DNA from: Vulcanimicrobiota bacterium
Lineage (GTDB): Bacteria; Vulcanimicrobiota; Vulcanimicrobiia; Vulcanimicrobiales; Vulcanimicrobiaceae
Length of the DNA stretch: 30,131 bases
NCBI GenBank assembly: GCA_003133025.1
Contig: PKZK01000029.1
Coordinates: 10,466-40,596, forward strand
Reading direction: 5' to 3'
The position numbers were made by a program, and so were the translations under genes. The notes under the pieces are model-generated. The model searched no databases. It saw only the letters and a list, made by a program, of their open reading frames with translations, and was not told the origin of the DNA. Position 1 is the first letter of the stretch; each line of letters opens with the position of its first letter. Positions 8,073-16,631 of this stretch are shown here, piece after piece.

Positions 8073-9890
8073 TTGCGGCTGGCTCCGTCGGCGCCGTTCG
8101 GTCAAGGTCCGCGGACGCGCTACGAACGCGATTCGACCGTCCAGGACGTCTTTGCCGCGCAGGCCGCGCGTTCGCCCGAGGCGCCCGCCGTGGCCGACGC
8201 TGCCGGTACCTGGACGTACGCGGAACTGGAGCGGCGCGCGAACCGGCTGGCGCGGCGGCTGCGAGCGTTCGGCGTCGCGCCCGGCGCACGCGTCGGCGTC
8301 GCTTTCGAGCGCTCCGCGCACCTTCCCGAAACGCTCTTGGCGATTCTCAAAGCGGGCGCAGCCTACGTGCCGCTCGACGTATCCTATCCCGGCGAGCGGC
8401 TGGCCTTCATGTGTGCGGATGCGGGAGTGTCGCTGGCGATCACGGCCGGATCCGCCGCCGACGGACTTCCCGACGCGCTCCCGCGTCTCGACCTTCGCGC
8501 CGACGCGGATGCCATCGCGGCACTCGACGACCGGCCCTTGTCGCCGGCCGGTTCCGCGGATGCGATCGCCTACGTCACCTACACGTCGGGTTCGACCGGA
8601 CGGCCGAAGGGCGTTGCGGTCGAACACCGCGGCATCGTGCGGCTCGTGCGTGGTGCGGATTACGTCGACATCTCGCCGGCCGATGCGTTTCTGCACTTCG
8701 CCCCGCTGGCGTTCGATGCTTCGACCTTCGACATCTGGGCGCCGCTGCTCAACGGTGCGTTGCTCGCGATCCCACGGCCCGGGCTGCTGGCCATCGAGGA
8801 GCTGGTTGCCGCCATCGATCGCTTCGGCGTGACGACCCTCTTTCTGACCACGTCGATATTCGAGCGTTTGGTCGATGCGCAGGGCGCGCGTCCGCGCTCG
8901 CTGCGCACGGTGCTCACCGGCGGCGAGGTCGCCTCGCGCGAACACATGCTGCGCTTCCGCGCGGCGTATCCGCAGTGCCGTCTCGTTGCGGTGTATGGCC
9001 CGACCGAGAATACGACGTTCAGCACGTGGTGCGAGATCGGTGCGCTGCCGCCCGGCGAATCGGTGCCGATCGGGCGCGCGATCGCGAACTCGAGCGCGTA
9101 CGTGCTCGACGAGCACCTCGAGCCCGTCGACCCGGGCGGTACCGGCGAACTCTGCGTCGGCGGCGACGGCGTTGCGCGCGGCTACGTCAATCAACCGGAA
9201 TTGAGCGCGAGTCGTTTCGTTGCCGATCCGTTCAGCCGCGAGCCCGGCGCGCGCCTCTATCGCACGGGCGATCGCGCCCGCTATCGCTCCGATGGTTCGC
9301 TGGAATTCTTGGGACGCAGCGACGGCCAGGTCAAACTGCGTGGTTTTCGCGTCGAGTTGGGTGAGATCGAGACGGCGTTGCGCGCGCACCCCGGCGTGGC
9401 CGCGGCGGCCGTGGTCACGGCCGAGCGAGGCGGCGAAAAGGCGCTGCTGGCCTATGTGAAACTCGTGCCCGGCGCCCGCGCGCAACCCGGTGCGTTGCGC
9501 GAACATCTCGCGCGGAGGCTGCCCCCGTTCATGCTGCCGCACCAGCTCGAGGTCCTCGACGCGTTGCCCTTACGAGCCAGCGGCAAGATCGACCGAGAGC
9601 AACTCGCTGCGCGTAGCCTTGCTCCGCCGAACATCGTCGCGCTGCGACCGGGCGGCTCGACGCAGGATGCCGTCGCAACGCTGTGGCGCGGTCTGCTCGG
9701 AGCCGCCGGCCAAGCCGGACTCGACGTGAACTTCTTCGATGCGGGCGGCGACTCGCTCTCACTGCTGAGCCTGCATCGGCAACTGCAGGAACGGTTCGGC
9801 GTGAAGTTCGGCGTTACCGACCTCTTCACGCAGACGACCGTACGCAAACAGGCCGCGTTCGTCGAGCGCCTGCGCAACGCGCAAGCGTAG
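8073..9890 (+). CDS. Stand-alone NRPS adenylation-PCP didomain, 605 aa
   Basis: TTG start follows GGGAGG. Motifs YVTYTSGSTGRPKGV, AFDAS, YGPTENT, LYRTGD, LPLRASGKIDR; PCP NFFDAGGDSL. No C domain. Confidence 0.95.
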   Translation: MRLAPSAPFGQGPRTRYERDSTVQDVFAAQAARSPEAPAVADAAGTWTYAELERRANRLARRLRAFGVAPGARVGVAFERSAHLPETLLAILKAGAAYVPLDVSYPGERLAFMCADAGVSLAITAGSAADGLPDALPRLDLRADADAIAALDDRPLSPAGSADAIAYVTYTSGSTGRPKGVAVEHRGIVRLVRGADYVDISPADAFLHFAPLAFDASTFDIWAPLLNGALLAIPRPGLLAIEELVAAIDRFGVTTLFLTTSIFERLVDAQGARPRSLRTVLTGGEVASREHMLRFRAAYPQCRLVAVYGPTENTTFSTWCEIGALPPGESVPIGRAIANSSAYVLDEHLEPVDPGGTGELCVGGDGVARGYVNQPELSASRFVADPFSREPGARLYRTGDRARYRSDGSLEFLGRSDGQVKLRGFRVELGEIETALRAHPGVAAAAVVTAERGGEKALLAYVKLVPGARAQPGALREHLARRLPPFMLPHQLEVLDALPLRASGKIDREQLAARSLAPPNIVALRPGGSTQDAVATLWRGLLGAAGQAGLDVNFFDAGGDSLSLLSLHRQLQERFGVKFGVTDLFTQTTVRKQAAFVERLRNAQA

Positions 9891-9901
9891 TCACTCGTGT
9901 G

Positions 9902-12370
9902 CTAGCGCAGCGCGTCTTCGACCGCGCGCGCGAGCGCGTCGACGTGCTCGCCGAGCGCTTCGACGTGTCCGCCGGCCATCGGGATGACGCGCACGCCGTG
10001 CGCGACTGCGCCCCAGGCGGCGCGCGGCACGCCCGAGCCGACGCGCTGATCGGCGCCCCAGATCAACGCCACCTCGCCCGCGTAGGGCCTGGGATGATAG
10101 GTCAGCGCGGCGACGACGTGCGCGAACGAGTTCTCCGTACGCGTTTCGCCGCGCCGCTTTTGGAACGGCTGCGGGTCGGCGGCGACGTCCGCACCGGTGC
10201 GGCGCTTCGCCAGCGCCGCTAATCGCTGCAGCACGAAGCCCAGCGTCGCGAACGGACCGCTCACCAGCGCCGCGTGGAGCCGCGCGAGGTTGTAAGAGAG
10301 GGCGGTGCGCAGCGCGGGCTCCAGAGCCGTGCTGCAGCCGAGCGCGCGCAAGACGGCGTCGAAGCCTGGCACCGCGCGGCTGGGCAGCGGCGATGCGTTG
10401 ATCAGCACGACCCGTTCGACGCTCTCGCCTTCCGCGCGCAGCAGCCGGGCCAACTCGTACGCGACCAAGCCGCTCGCGCAGAAGCCGCCGATGCGATAAG
10501 GCCCATGCGCTTGTACGGCGCGCACGTAGGGCAGATAATCGCGCGCCATGGCTTCGACGTCGGTGAAGAGTTGCAAACCGGCGGTGCCGTGCGGCGCGAC
10601 CGAATGAATCGGCTGCTCCGGTCCGAGCGCGGCGGCCATCCGGCGGCAATAGAGGCCGTTGGCGTACAAGTCGCTGTGCAAGAAGAAGAGCGGTGCGCGC
10701 GAGCCCCCGGCGTTGAGCGTTACGATCGGCGCCGCGGCGTCGGCGGCGGGCTGCGTGGAGCGCAACGCATCGATGTGGGCCGCCATCGCCGCGATGGTCG
10801 GTCGCTCCACGATCGCGCGCAGCGGCACGTCGATGCCGTACGAAGCTTTGATCCGCGCGACCAACCTCAGCGCGAGCAACGAGTGGAAGCCGTACGCGAA
10901 GATGTCGTCGCGGCAACCGAAGCCGCCGTGCTCGAGCAAGGCGGCGACGAAACCATGGACCTCGCGTTCGGTCGCGCTCCGGCCGTCGTCGAACGCGGGC
11001 AGCTCGGAGAGCCGTAGCGTCTGGTTCGCCGCGATCGCGCGTACGGTCTCAGCGAACGCGTCGATCAACGCCTTCACGGTTCCGGCTTCGAAGAGATCGG
11101 CGTTGTACTCGCACGAGAAACGCCAACCTTCGGGGCGCTCGACCATGAAGAAGCAGAGGTCGAAGAGCGCGCCTGCCGAGCGCGAGGGTAGGTCGACGAG
11201 CGCGAAACTGCCGTAATCGGCGTTGCTGACGAACGAGCGCTGGAAGACGAAATTGACCGAGAGCAACGCGTTGCGGCTCGGATCTCGTTTCGGGTTGACG
11301 AGTTCGACGACGGTTCCGATCGGCACGTGGCGCACGTCGAAGGCGTCAGCGATGGTGTCGCGCGCGCGCGCGAGCAAGTCGACGAACGGCGGATCGTCGC
11401 GCAGGTTCGTACGCAGCACGATCGTGTTGACGAAGGTGCCCACCAGCGGCTCGAGGTCCACCTCGTCGCGGCCCGCGACCTGCGTGCCGAGCGCGATGTC
11501 GGTCTCGCCGCCGGCCCGATGCAGCACCGCGAGCAGCGCGGCGTATGCGACCGCGAACAGCGTGCAGCCGCGCTCGCGAGCCAACGCCGCGAGCCGGGCG
11601 GTCACGGCCGTCTCGAGCAGCGCCGAAGCGATCTCGCCGTTCCAAGTTTGCCGCGCCGGGCGCGCTTTATCGAGCGCCAGTTCGAACTGCCGGTAACCGG
11701 CCAACGCGCTCGACAACTGCGCGCGTTCGGCCGCAAACGAGTGCGTGGCGAGCCATTCGTTGTGCGCGATCGCGTGCTCGCCGTAGGTGAGCCGCAGCGG
11801 CTCGAAGCGCGGCGCACGCTGTTCGAAGCGCGCCTTGCAGAACTCGCCCATCTCGGCGGCGAGAATGCCCATCGACCAGCCGTCGCACACCGCGTGGTGC
11901 GCCGTCACCATCAGGATCGAGACGCCCGGCCGTTGCCGCACGTGGATCACCCGGATCAGCGGCGCCGCGTCGAGCGAGAAGGGCGTCTGGGCTTCCAGCG
12001 CTGCGATGCGCTCGGCTTCGCGGGCCGATTCCGCGCCGGAGAGCAGCGTCAGATCGATCTCGCGAACCTGGAGCTCGATACGCGGCTCGACGAGCTGGAC
12101 GGGCGCCCCGTCGATTTCGGAAAAGTACGTGCGCAGGCTCTCGTGGCGGGCGACGAGGGCGCGCCAGGCGTCTTGCAGGTCGCCACTGAGCACTTCGCCC
12201 TCGAGGCGCCAGCGCGCGAAGACGTTGCGCCCGGGACAGCCGGGCTGCAGGCGCTCCTGATAGAGAAAGTGCGCTTGCGCGTTGGAACACGGGTAGGCGC
12301 GGCGTCCGGCCCAATCGGTCCGCGCGATGGTCGCGGGGCCGAGGCCTCGGCCGGCCTTAGACTCGCGCAT
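9902..12370 (-). CDS. A-less NRPS termination protein C-PCP-TE (start uncertain; ORF open to 12508)
   Basis: C domain with YPCSNAQ, RHESLRT and HHAVCDG; PCP DDIFAYGFHSL; TE LFFLH...GPYRIGGFCASG...GGH. ATG 12370 was chosen because 12508 lies upstream of the predicted -10. Confidence 0.9.
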   Translation of the reverse strand: MRESKAGRGLGPATIARTDWAGRRAYPCSNAQAHFLYQERLQPGCPGRNVFARWRLEGEVLSGDLQDAWRALVARHESLRTYFSEIDGAPVQLVEPRIELQVREIDLTLLSGAESAREAERIAALEAQTPFSLDAAPLIRVIHVRQRPGVSILMVTAHHAVCDGWSMGILAAEMGEFCKARFEQRAPRFEPLRLTYGEHAIAHNEWLATHSFAAERAQLSSALAGYRQFELALDKARPARQTWNGEIASALLETAVTARLAALARERGCTLFAVAYAALLAVLHRAGGETDIALGTQVAGRDEVDLEPLVGTFVNTIVLRTNLRDDPPFVDLLARARDTIADAFDVRHVPIGTVVELVNPKRDPSRNALLSVNFVFQRSFVSNADYGSFALVDLPSRSAGALFDLCFFMVERPEGWRFSCEYNADLFEAGTVKALIDAFAETVRAIAANQTLRLSELPAFDDGRSATEREVHGFVAALLEHGGFGCRDDIFAYGFHSLLALRLVARIKASYGIDVPLRAIVERPTIAAMAAHIDALRSTQPAADAAAPIVTLNAGGSRAPLFFLHSDLYANGLYCRRMAAALGPEQPIHSVAPHGTAGLQLFTDVEAMARDYLPYVRAVQAHGPYRIGGFCASGLVAYELARLLRAEGESVERVVLINASPLPSRAVPGFDAVLRALGCSTALEPALRTALSYNLARLHAALVSGPFATLGFVLQRLAALAKRRTGADVAADPQPFQKRRGETRTENSFAHVVAALTYHPRPYAGEVALIWGADQRVGSGVPRAAWGAVAHGVRVIPMAGGHVEALGEHVDALARAVEDALR

Positions 12371-12480
12371 TGCCGGGGTGGGCCTGCGGCTCGCGTTTCT
12401 CGACGAAAATCGGCGTCCTCGATCCGGTAGGCCGGGGTTGGGCAACGTGCCTGCACCGAAGACCGGCCCAGGTGTTCTTA

Positions 12481-12536
12481 ACGTTAGCGGCTCGGTCCGG
12501 GCGCGCACATCCCCTAGAATGGGTGATTTCTCAAGT
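12481..12536 (-). promoter_or_regulatory. Leftward promoter plus conserved upstream box (copy 2)
   Basis: On the minus strand: box ACTTGAGAAATCACCCATT (12536-12518), 7 nt, weak -35 ATGTGC (12510-12505), 18 nt, -10 TAACGT (12486-12481). Confidence 0.6.
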
Positions 12537-12608
12537 CCGAAAACTTGACTATCCTTGAGAGCATCCCCGGGACCAGCAATTCACGCCTGAAGGAGAGCCG
12601 CGACCGGC

Positions 12609-13268
12609 ATGTCCCTCTTTGCCAGCATCGCCGACCATCGCCGGCCGGACTCACTGGCCGCCCGTTTGCGGCGGCGTCGCCACGAGTTCTTCGCCGGGCT
12701 GCTGGCCCGCGTCGAGCGGCCGATCACGATCCTCGACGTGGGCGGCACCGTGGAGTTCTGGCGCGACATGCCCGTCCCGCAGGGCTCGACGAAGATCGTG
12801 GTGCTCAACGTGCGTCCGCAACTCGCACCCGGGCCGCATTTCGAGACGATCGTCGGCGACGCGCGGGATCTGCGCCAGTTCGCCAACGGCAGCATCGACG
12901 TGGTCTACTCGAATTCGGTGATCGAACACGTCGGATCGTTCGAGGATCAACGCCGGATGGCCGAGGAAGTGCGCCGCGTCGGCAAACGCTATTTCGTGCA
13001 GACGCCCAATAAGTTTTTCCCGATCGAGCCGCACTTCGTGGTGCCGGGCTACCAGTTCATGCCGCTCGACGTGCGCGCGTTCTTGCTCACCCGCTCGCGC
13101 CTGGGCTGGACGCCGCGTGAGAAAGACTGGCAGCGTGCCAAGGAGATCGCCGCGTCGGTTCGGCTGATGACGATCGACGAAGTCGTCAGGCTGTTTCCCG
13201 AAGCCGATCTCTATCACGAGCGCTTCGCCGGCCTGACGAAGAGCGTCGTAGCCTATCACGGCTGGTGA
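12609..13268 (+). CDS. Class I SAM-dependent methyltransferase, 219 aa
   Basis: ILDVGGT, VGDARDL, DVVYSNSVIEHV, QTPNKFFPIEPH; AAGGAG upstream. Confidence 0.88.
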   Translation: MSLFASIADHRRPDSLAARLRRRRHEFFAGLLARVERPITILDVGGTVEFWRDMPVPQGSTKIVVLNVRPQLAPGPHFETIVGDARDLRQFANGSIDVVYSNSVIEHVGSFEDQRRMAEEVRRVGKRYFVQTPNKFFPIEPHFVVPGYQFMPLDVRAFLLTRSRLGWTPREKDWQRAKEIAASVRLMTIDEVVRLFPEADLYHERFAGLTKSVVAYHGW

Positions 13269-14694
13269 ACTCGAGCGGATCCGCTGGACCGTTCGGCGTT
13301 GCCGCCTGCGCCCGGGGCCGGACCGGGTAGAGCACCGCGGTCACGAACACGACCCACTCGATCGTGTTGAAGCTGCGATAGTACGTTTCGGTGAAGCTGC
13401 CCAGGAAGAGATAGAGCAGGATGGCGAGCGGCCAGAGCGCGACGCGCTCGCTCTCGCGAAACGCGTAGACCAGACTCTGCCAAAACGCACAGAGCAGCAC
13501 GAGCCCGAAGACGCTCAGGCCGACGTAGCCGCTGTCGAGCAAGATCTGCAAGAAGCTGTTGTGCGCGTGATACGGGCTCCAGCCGCCGGCCTCGACGACG
13601 TAGTAGCTGAGCGTGTCGAGACCTTCTTGCGAGCGAAAGAACGCATCGTAGCCGTAGCCCAGGATCGGCCGTTCGGAGATAGCCTGTTGCAGATAGGGCC
13701 AAAAATCGGTGCGTCCGGTCAGGTTCGATTCGCGGCCGAGCAGATCGAAGAGCGACTGCGGCGTGAGCCCGAAGGTCAGACAGGCCAAGGGCCCGAGCAC
13801 GAGCGCGGCGACCGTGAGAATGCGCGCGGCGAGCCCGAAGCGTTTCGAGCGGCACGCCCAAATGGTGACGAGCAGGAGCGTTACGCCAGCGTACGCGCCG
13901 AGCGACGTGGCCGAGGCCGAACCCGCGAGCAAACCCATCGCCAAGACGAAGACGCCCGCGGTCAGCGCGCGCCGGCGGCCCAGTGCGTTGAAGAGCGTGA
14001 AGGGCAGCAGCAACACCCACAGGGCGCCGAAGCCCGCTTCGCCGAGCAGTCCGCGTTGCGGCGCTCCCGGCGCGCGTTCGCGGACGGCGGCGGGCGGCTT
14101 GGGTTTTGCGGGTTCGAAGAGCAGCACGAAGAGCGAGATCCCGGCGAGCGCCATCGCCGCGCCGAGGTTGTTCTTCTCCTGGAAGATGCCGGTCCAGGCG
14201 CCGCTGCCGAAATCCATGCGGCCATGCGCGGGCGCACCGAAGATGACCGCCACGCTCGCGACGCCCGCGACGCCGAAAGCGATGATCAGGATGTTGAGCA
14301 AGTCGCGCAGCGAGAAGCGGGCCACGATGTAATACCCGATGGCCGTAGTGCCGGCCAGTTCGATCGCCTTCTTGATGGTCGTCGTTTCGACCGACCAGAG
14401 GCTCGAGGCGAACATCAGCGCGAGAAAACCCAAGAGCGGGAGCGAACGCTTGAACAGCGTCACGGCTACGTCGCGCATCTGCCAGAGGCGGATGCCCGCG
14501 CCCAAATACATCAGCGTCCAAATCGTTTCGACCAGCGGCGAGCTTTCGGGCGCGTCGGCCGACTGATACTTGCCGATGAACGGAATCAGCATCGTGGCCA
14601 GCAGCGCGAGCGCCACGAACCACACCTCGGCGCTGCGCGGTAGGCTGAAGCCGCGGCGCGCGGCCGCGGCGTTAGCGCTCGAGTACGTCGTCAC
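13186..14694 (-). CDS. O-antigen ligase/Wzy-type polysaccharide polymerase (ExoQ-like), about 502 aa; start uncertain
   Basis: Polytopic membrane protein with WTGIFQEKNNLG, LTGRTDFW, PILGYGY and HAHNSFLQILLDSGYVG (Wzy_C pattern). Confidence 0.88.
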   Translation of the reverse strand: MTTYSSANAAAARRGFSLPRSAEVWFVALALLATMLIPFIGKYQSADAPESSPLVETIWTLMYLGAGIRLWQMRDVAVTLFKRSLPLLGFLALMFASSLWSVETTTIKKAIELAGTTAIGYYIVARFSLRDLLNILIIAFGVAGVASVAVIFGAPAHGRMDFGSGAWTGIFQEKNNLGAAMALAGISLFVLLFEPAKPKPPAAVRERAPGAPQRGLLGEAGFGALWVLLLPFTLFNALGRRRALTAGVFVLAMGLLAGSASATSLGAYAGVTLLLVTIWACRSKRFGLAARILTVAALVLGPLACLTFGLTPQSLFDLLGRESNLTGRTDFWPYLQQAISERPILGYGYDAFFRSQEGLDTLSYYVVEAGGWSPYHAHNSFLQILLDSGYVGLSVFGLVLLCAFWQSLVYAFRESERVALWPLAILLYLFLGSFTETYYRSFNTIEWVVFVTAVLYPVRPRAQAATPNGPADPLEFTSRDRLRRSSSGRRSARDRDRLRETA

Positions 14695-15652
14695 GGCGAT
14701 ATGCCTGACGGGTGTAGCCTGCGAGGCCGCACAGGGCTCCGAGGCCGAGGGCCAGGTCGCAGAGCGCGCGCACGATGCCCGCGCGGCCGCGCACGATGGC
14801 GAGCGGCGCGAGTTCGAGCGCGCCCAGACCCAGCCGGCCCAGCGCCTTGGCGGCGCGTAACGCCAGGCGCACGCGGCCGCCCTCGAGCCTGCGGTCGCAC
14901 AACGCCAAGGTGTTGCCGCGCCGGAAGTGCAGGGCCACCACGTACGTGGCGCGCGTGCGTTCGGTTCCGATCGTCTCGCTCGCGACGGCGTGCGCCGCAA
15001 AGGCCATGCTTCCGCCGCGCGCGATCAACTGACGGAAGAAGAGCAAATCCTCGCCGCCCGCAAAGTTGAAGGCGGCGTCGAAATGCAGATCGAGGCGCGT
15101 CACGGCGGCGAGGTCGAGCAAACAGTTGCCGCTGTATCCGAAGCGGATGGGCGCGGCGTCGGGGTAGACGGGCAGGTCGAGAAAGCCGCCCGCGCGCAGC
15201 CAGCGCGGCGCGCCGGCGGGCAACACTTGCGGCACGGGACCGATGACCGCCGCGGCCCCGGTCTGCCTGCGCACGCGGAGCAATTCGCCGAGCCAGCGGG
15301 CTTGCGGCACCTCGTCGTCGTCGATCATGGCCAGCGCGTCGAAACGCTCGCGAGCGTAGGCGAGCGCGGCGTTGCGCACGGCGCAGAGGCCCGGTGCGGC
15401 GACGTGAACGTAGCGCAACGCGAACGGAAACCAGGTTTGCGCCGCGGCGACGAGGGCTTCGGCCGAAGGGCGGCGATCGTTGTCGAACACCGCGACCTCG
15501 AGCGCGCACCCGGCCGGCAGCGACTGCGCCGCGAGCGCGCGCAGCAACACCTCGAGGTGCGCCGGCCGGCGAAACGTCGGGACCGCGATGCACACGCGCG
15601 AGGCGCCGGACGACGCGAGGGCCGGCGGCACGAGGGTGTTGCGCTCAACCAT
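14672..15652 (-). CDS. GT2 family glycosyltransferase (ExoM-like), 326 aa
   Basis: IAVPTFRRP, VFDND, MIDDDE, GGED. Confidence 0.9.
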   Translation of the reverse strand: MVERNTLVPPALASSGASRVCIAVPTFRRPAHLEVLLRALAAQSLPAGCALEVAVFDNDRRPSAEALVAAAQTWFPFALRYVHVAAPGLCAVRNAALAYARERFDALAMIDDDEVPQARWLGELLRVRRQTGAAAVIGPVPQVLPAGAPRWLRAGGFLDLPVYPDAAPIRFGYSGNCLLDLAAVTRLDLHFDAAFNFAGGEDLLFFRQLIARGGSMAFAAHAVASETIGTERTRATYVVALHFRRGNTLALCDRRLEGGRVRLALRAAKALGRLGLGALELAPLAIVRGRAGIVRALCDLALGLGALCGLAGYTRQAYRRDDVLER

Positions 15653-16631
15653 AGAGCAAGTCCAAGCCGGCTTGCCGCAGCACGCGGTTCCAGGTGCGCT
15701 GCGCGAAGAGCCGGTACCCGGTTTGCAGCGTCTCGCGCGCGGGCGCCAGCACGTTGATGCCGCTCCGCGCGAAGAGCCAGGCCAGGCGGCCCTTTCCGCT
15801 CGCGGGCAGGCTCGCGACGTCGACCTCGGGCAGCATGCGCTTGGCGTGCCGGTTGAAGCCGTACATCAGGAAGCGGCAGTAAAGCGAGCGTCGCGCGTTT
15901 TGATGGAGACGCCGGTTCTGTTCGGGCGTGAGCATCGGCGCGACGTCGCCTGCAACCGAGAGTTCCTCATCGCGCGCGCGTTCGAAATCGCGCAGGATGC
16001 CGCGGCACTTGCCGCTGGTCGACTGCCGGTACACGACCAGACGCCGTCCGGTCGGCACCACCGGATACGCGCGGCTGGCGCGCAGGATGAACTCGTGATC
16101 CTCGTGGTAGCGGCCGGGGTTGAAATAGCCGATCGTCTCGAAGATACGCCGGTCGAAGAGGCAGAGACTCGGCATCAGGAAGTCTTCGCCGTCGAGCAAG
16201 ACCTCGAGCGCGTTGCCCGTCACGGTCCGTGCCGGCGGCAGGTGGGCCAGGCGTCCCCGGTCGTCGACGGCGTAATACGAACTGTAGGCGATGGCGACCG
16301 GGTCGGGGGCGGCGCGCAGCACGCGCAATTCGCTCTCGATCTTGTCGGGAAACCAGCGGTCGTCGCTATCGAGGAAGGCGACGTATGCGCCGCGCGCTCG
16401 CGCCAGGGCCAGGTTGCGCGCGGCGGCGGTGCCCGCATTGGGCTGACGCAGCACGTGCAGGCGCGGATCCTCGATCGCGGCGAGCACCGCGAGGGTGCCG
16501 TCGGTCGAACCGTCGTCGACGACCAGCACTTCGAGGTTCGCGTGCGTCTGCTTCAAGGCGGAGAGCACCGCGCCGCGGACGATTCTTTCGCCCTGGTAGA
16601 CCGGAATCACGACCGAGACCAGCGGGCTCAC
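15645..16631 (-). CDS. GT2 family glycosyltransferase, 328 aa
   Basis: VSVVIPVY, VVDDGSTDGT, ARNLAL, AFLDSDD, HED. GTG 16631 overlaps the flippase stop. Confidence 0.92.
   Translation of the reverse strand: MSPLVSVVIPVYQGERIVRGAVLSALKQTHANLEVLVVDDGSTDGTLAVLAAIEDPRLHVLRQPNAGTAAARNLALARARGAYVAFLDSDDRWFPDKIESELRVLRAAPDPVAIAYSSYYAVDDRGRLAHLPPARTVTGNALEVLLDGEDFLMPSLCLFDRRIFETIGYFNPGRYHEDHEFILRASRAYPVVPTGRRLVVYRQSTSGKCRGILRDFERARDEELSVAGDVAPMLTPEQNRRLHQNARRSLYCRFLMYGFNRHAKRMLPEVDVASLPASGKGRLAWLFARSGINVLAPARETLQTGYRLFAQRTWNRVLRQAGLDLLYG

Noticed and set aside
8073..9890. A-PCP as a DltA/DltC D-alanylation system
   Set aside because: The specificity residues are not D-Ala-like, and no DltB/MBOAT or DltD gene is in the window.
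8073..12370. A-PCP and C-PCP-TE as fragments of one broken NRPS pseudogene
   Set aside because: They lie on opposite strands, each has an intact frame, catalytic motifs and its own promoter signals, and no frameshift is seen.
12515..12520. TAGAAT as the -10 of the methyltransferase at 12609
   Set aside because: It overlaps the shared box and does not follow the layout of the other two rightward promoters, so it is left unassigned.
12529..12560. Nested inverted repeats TCAAGT-N6-ACTTGA and TCTCAAG...CTTGAGA (also CCCAAA-N10-TTTGGG at 7981-8002) as separate operators or IS ends
   Set aside because: The arms are short, spacing is not conserved between promoters, and there is no transposase. 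They cannot be supported as independent features.
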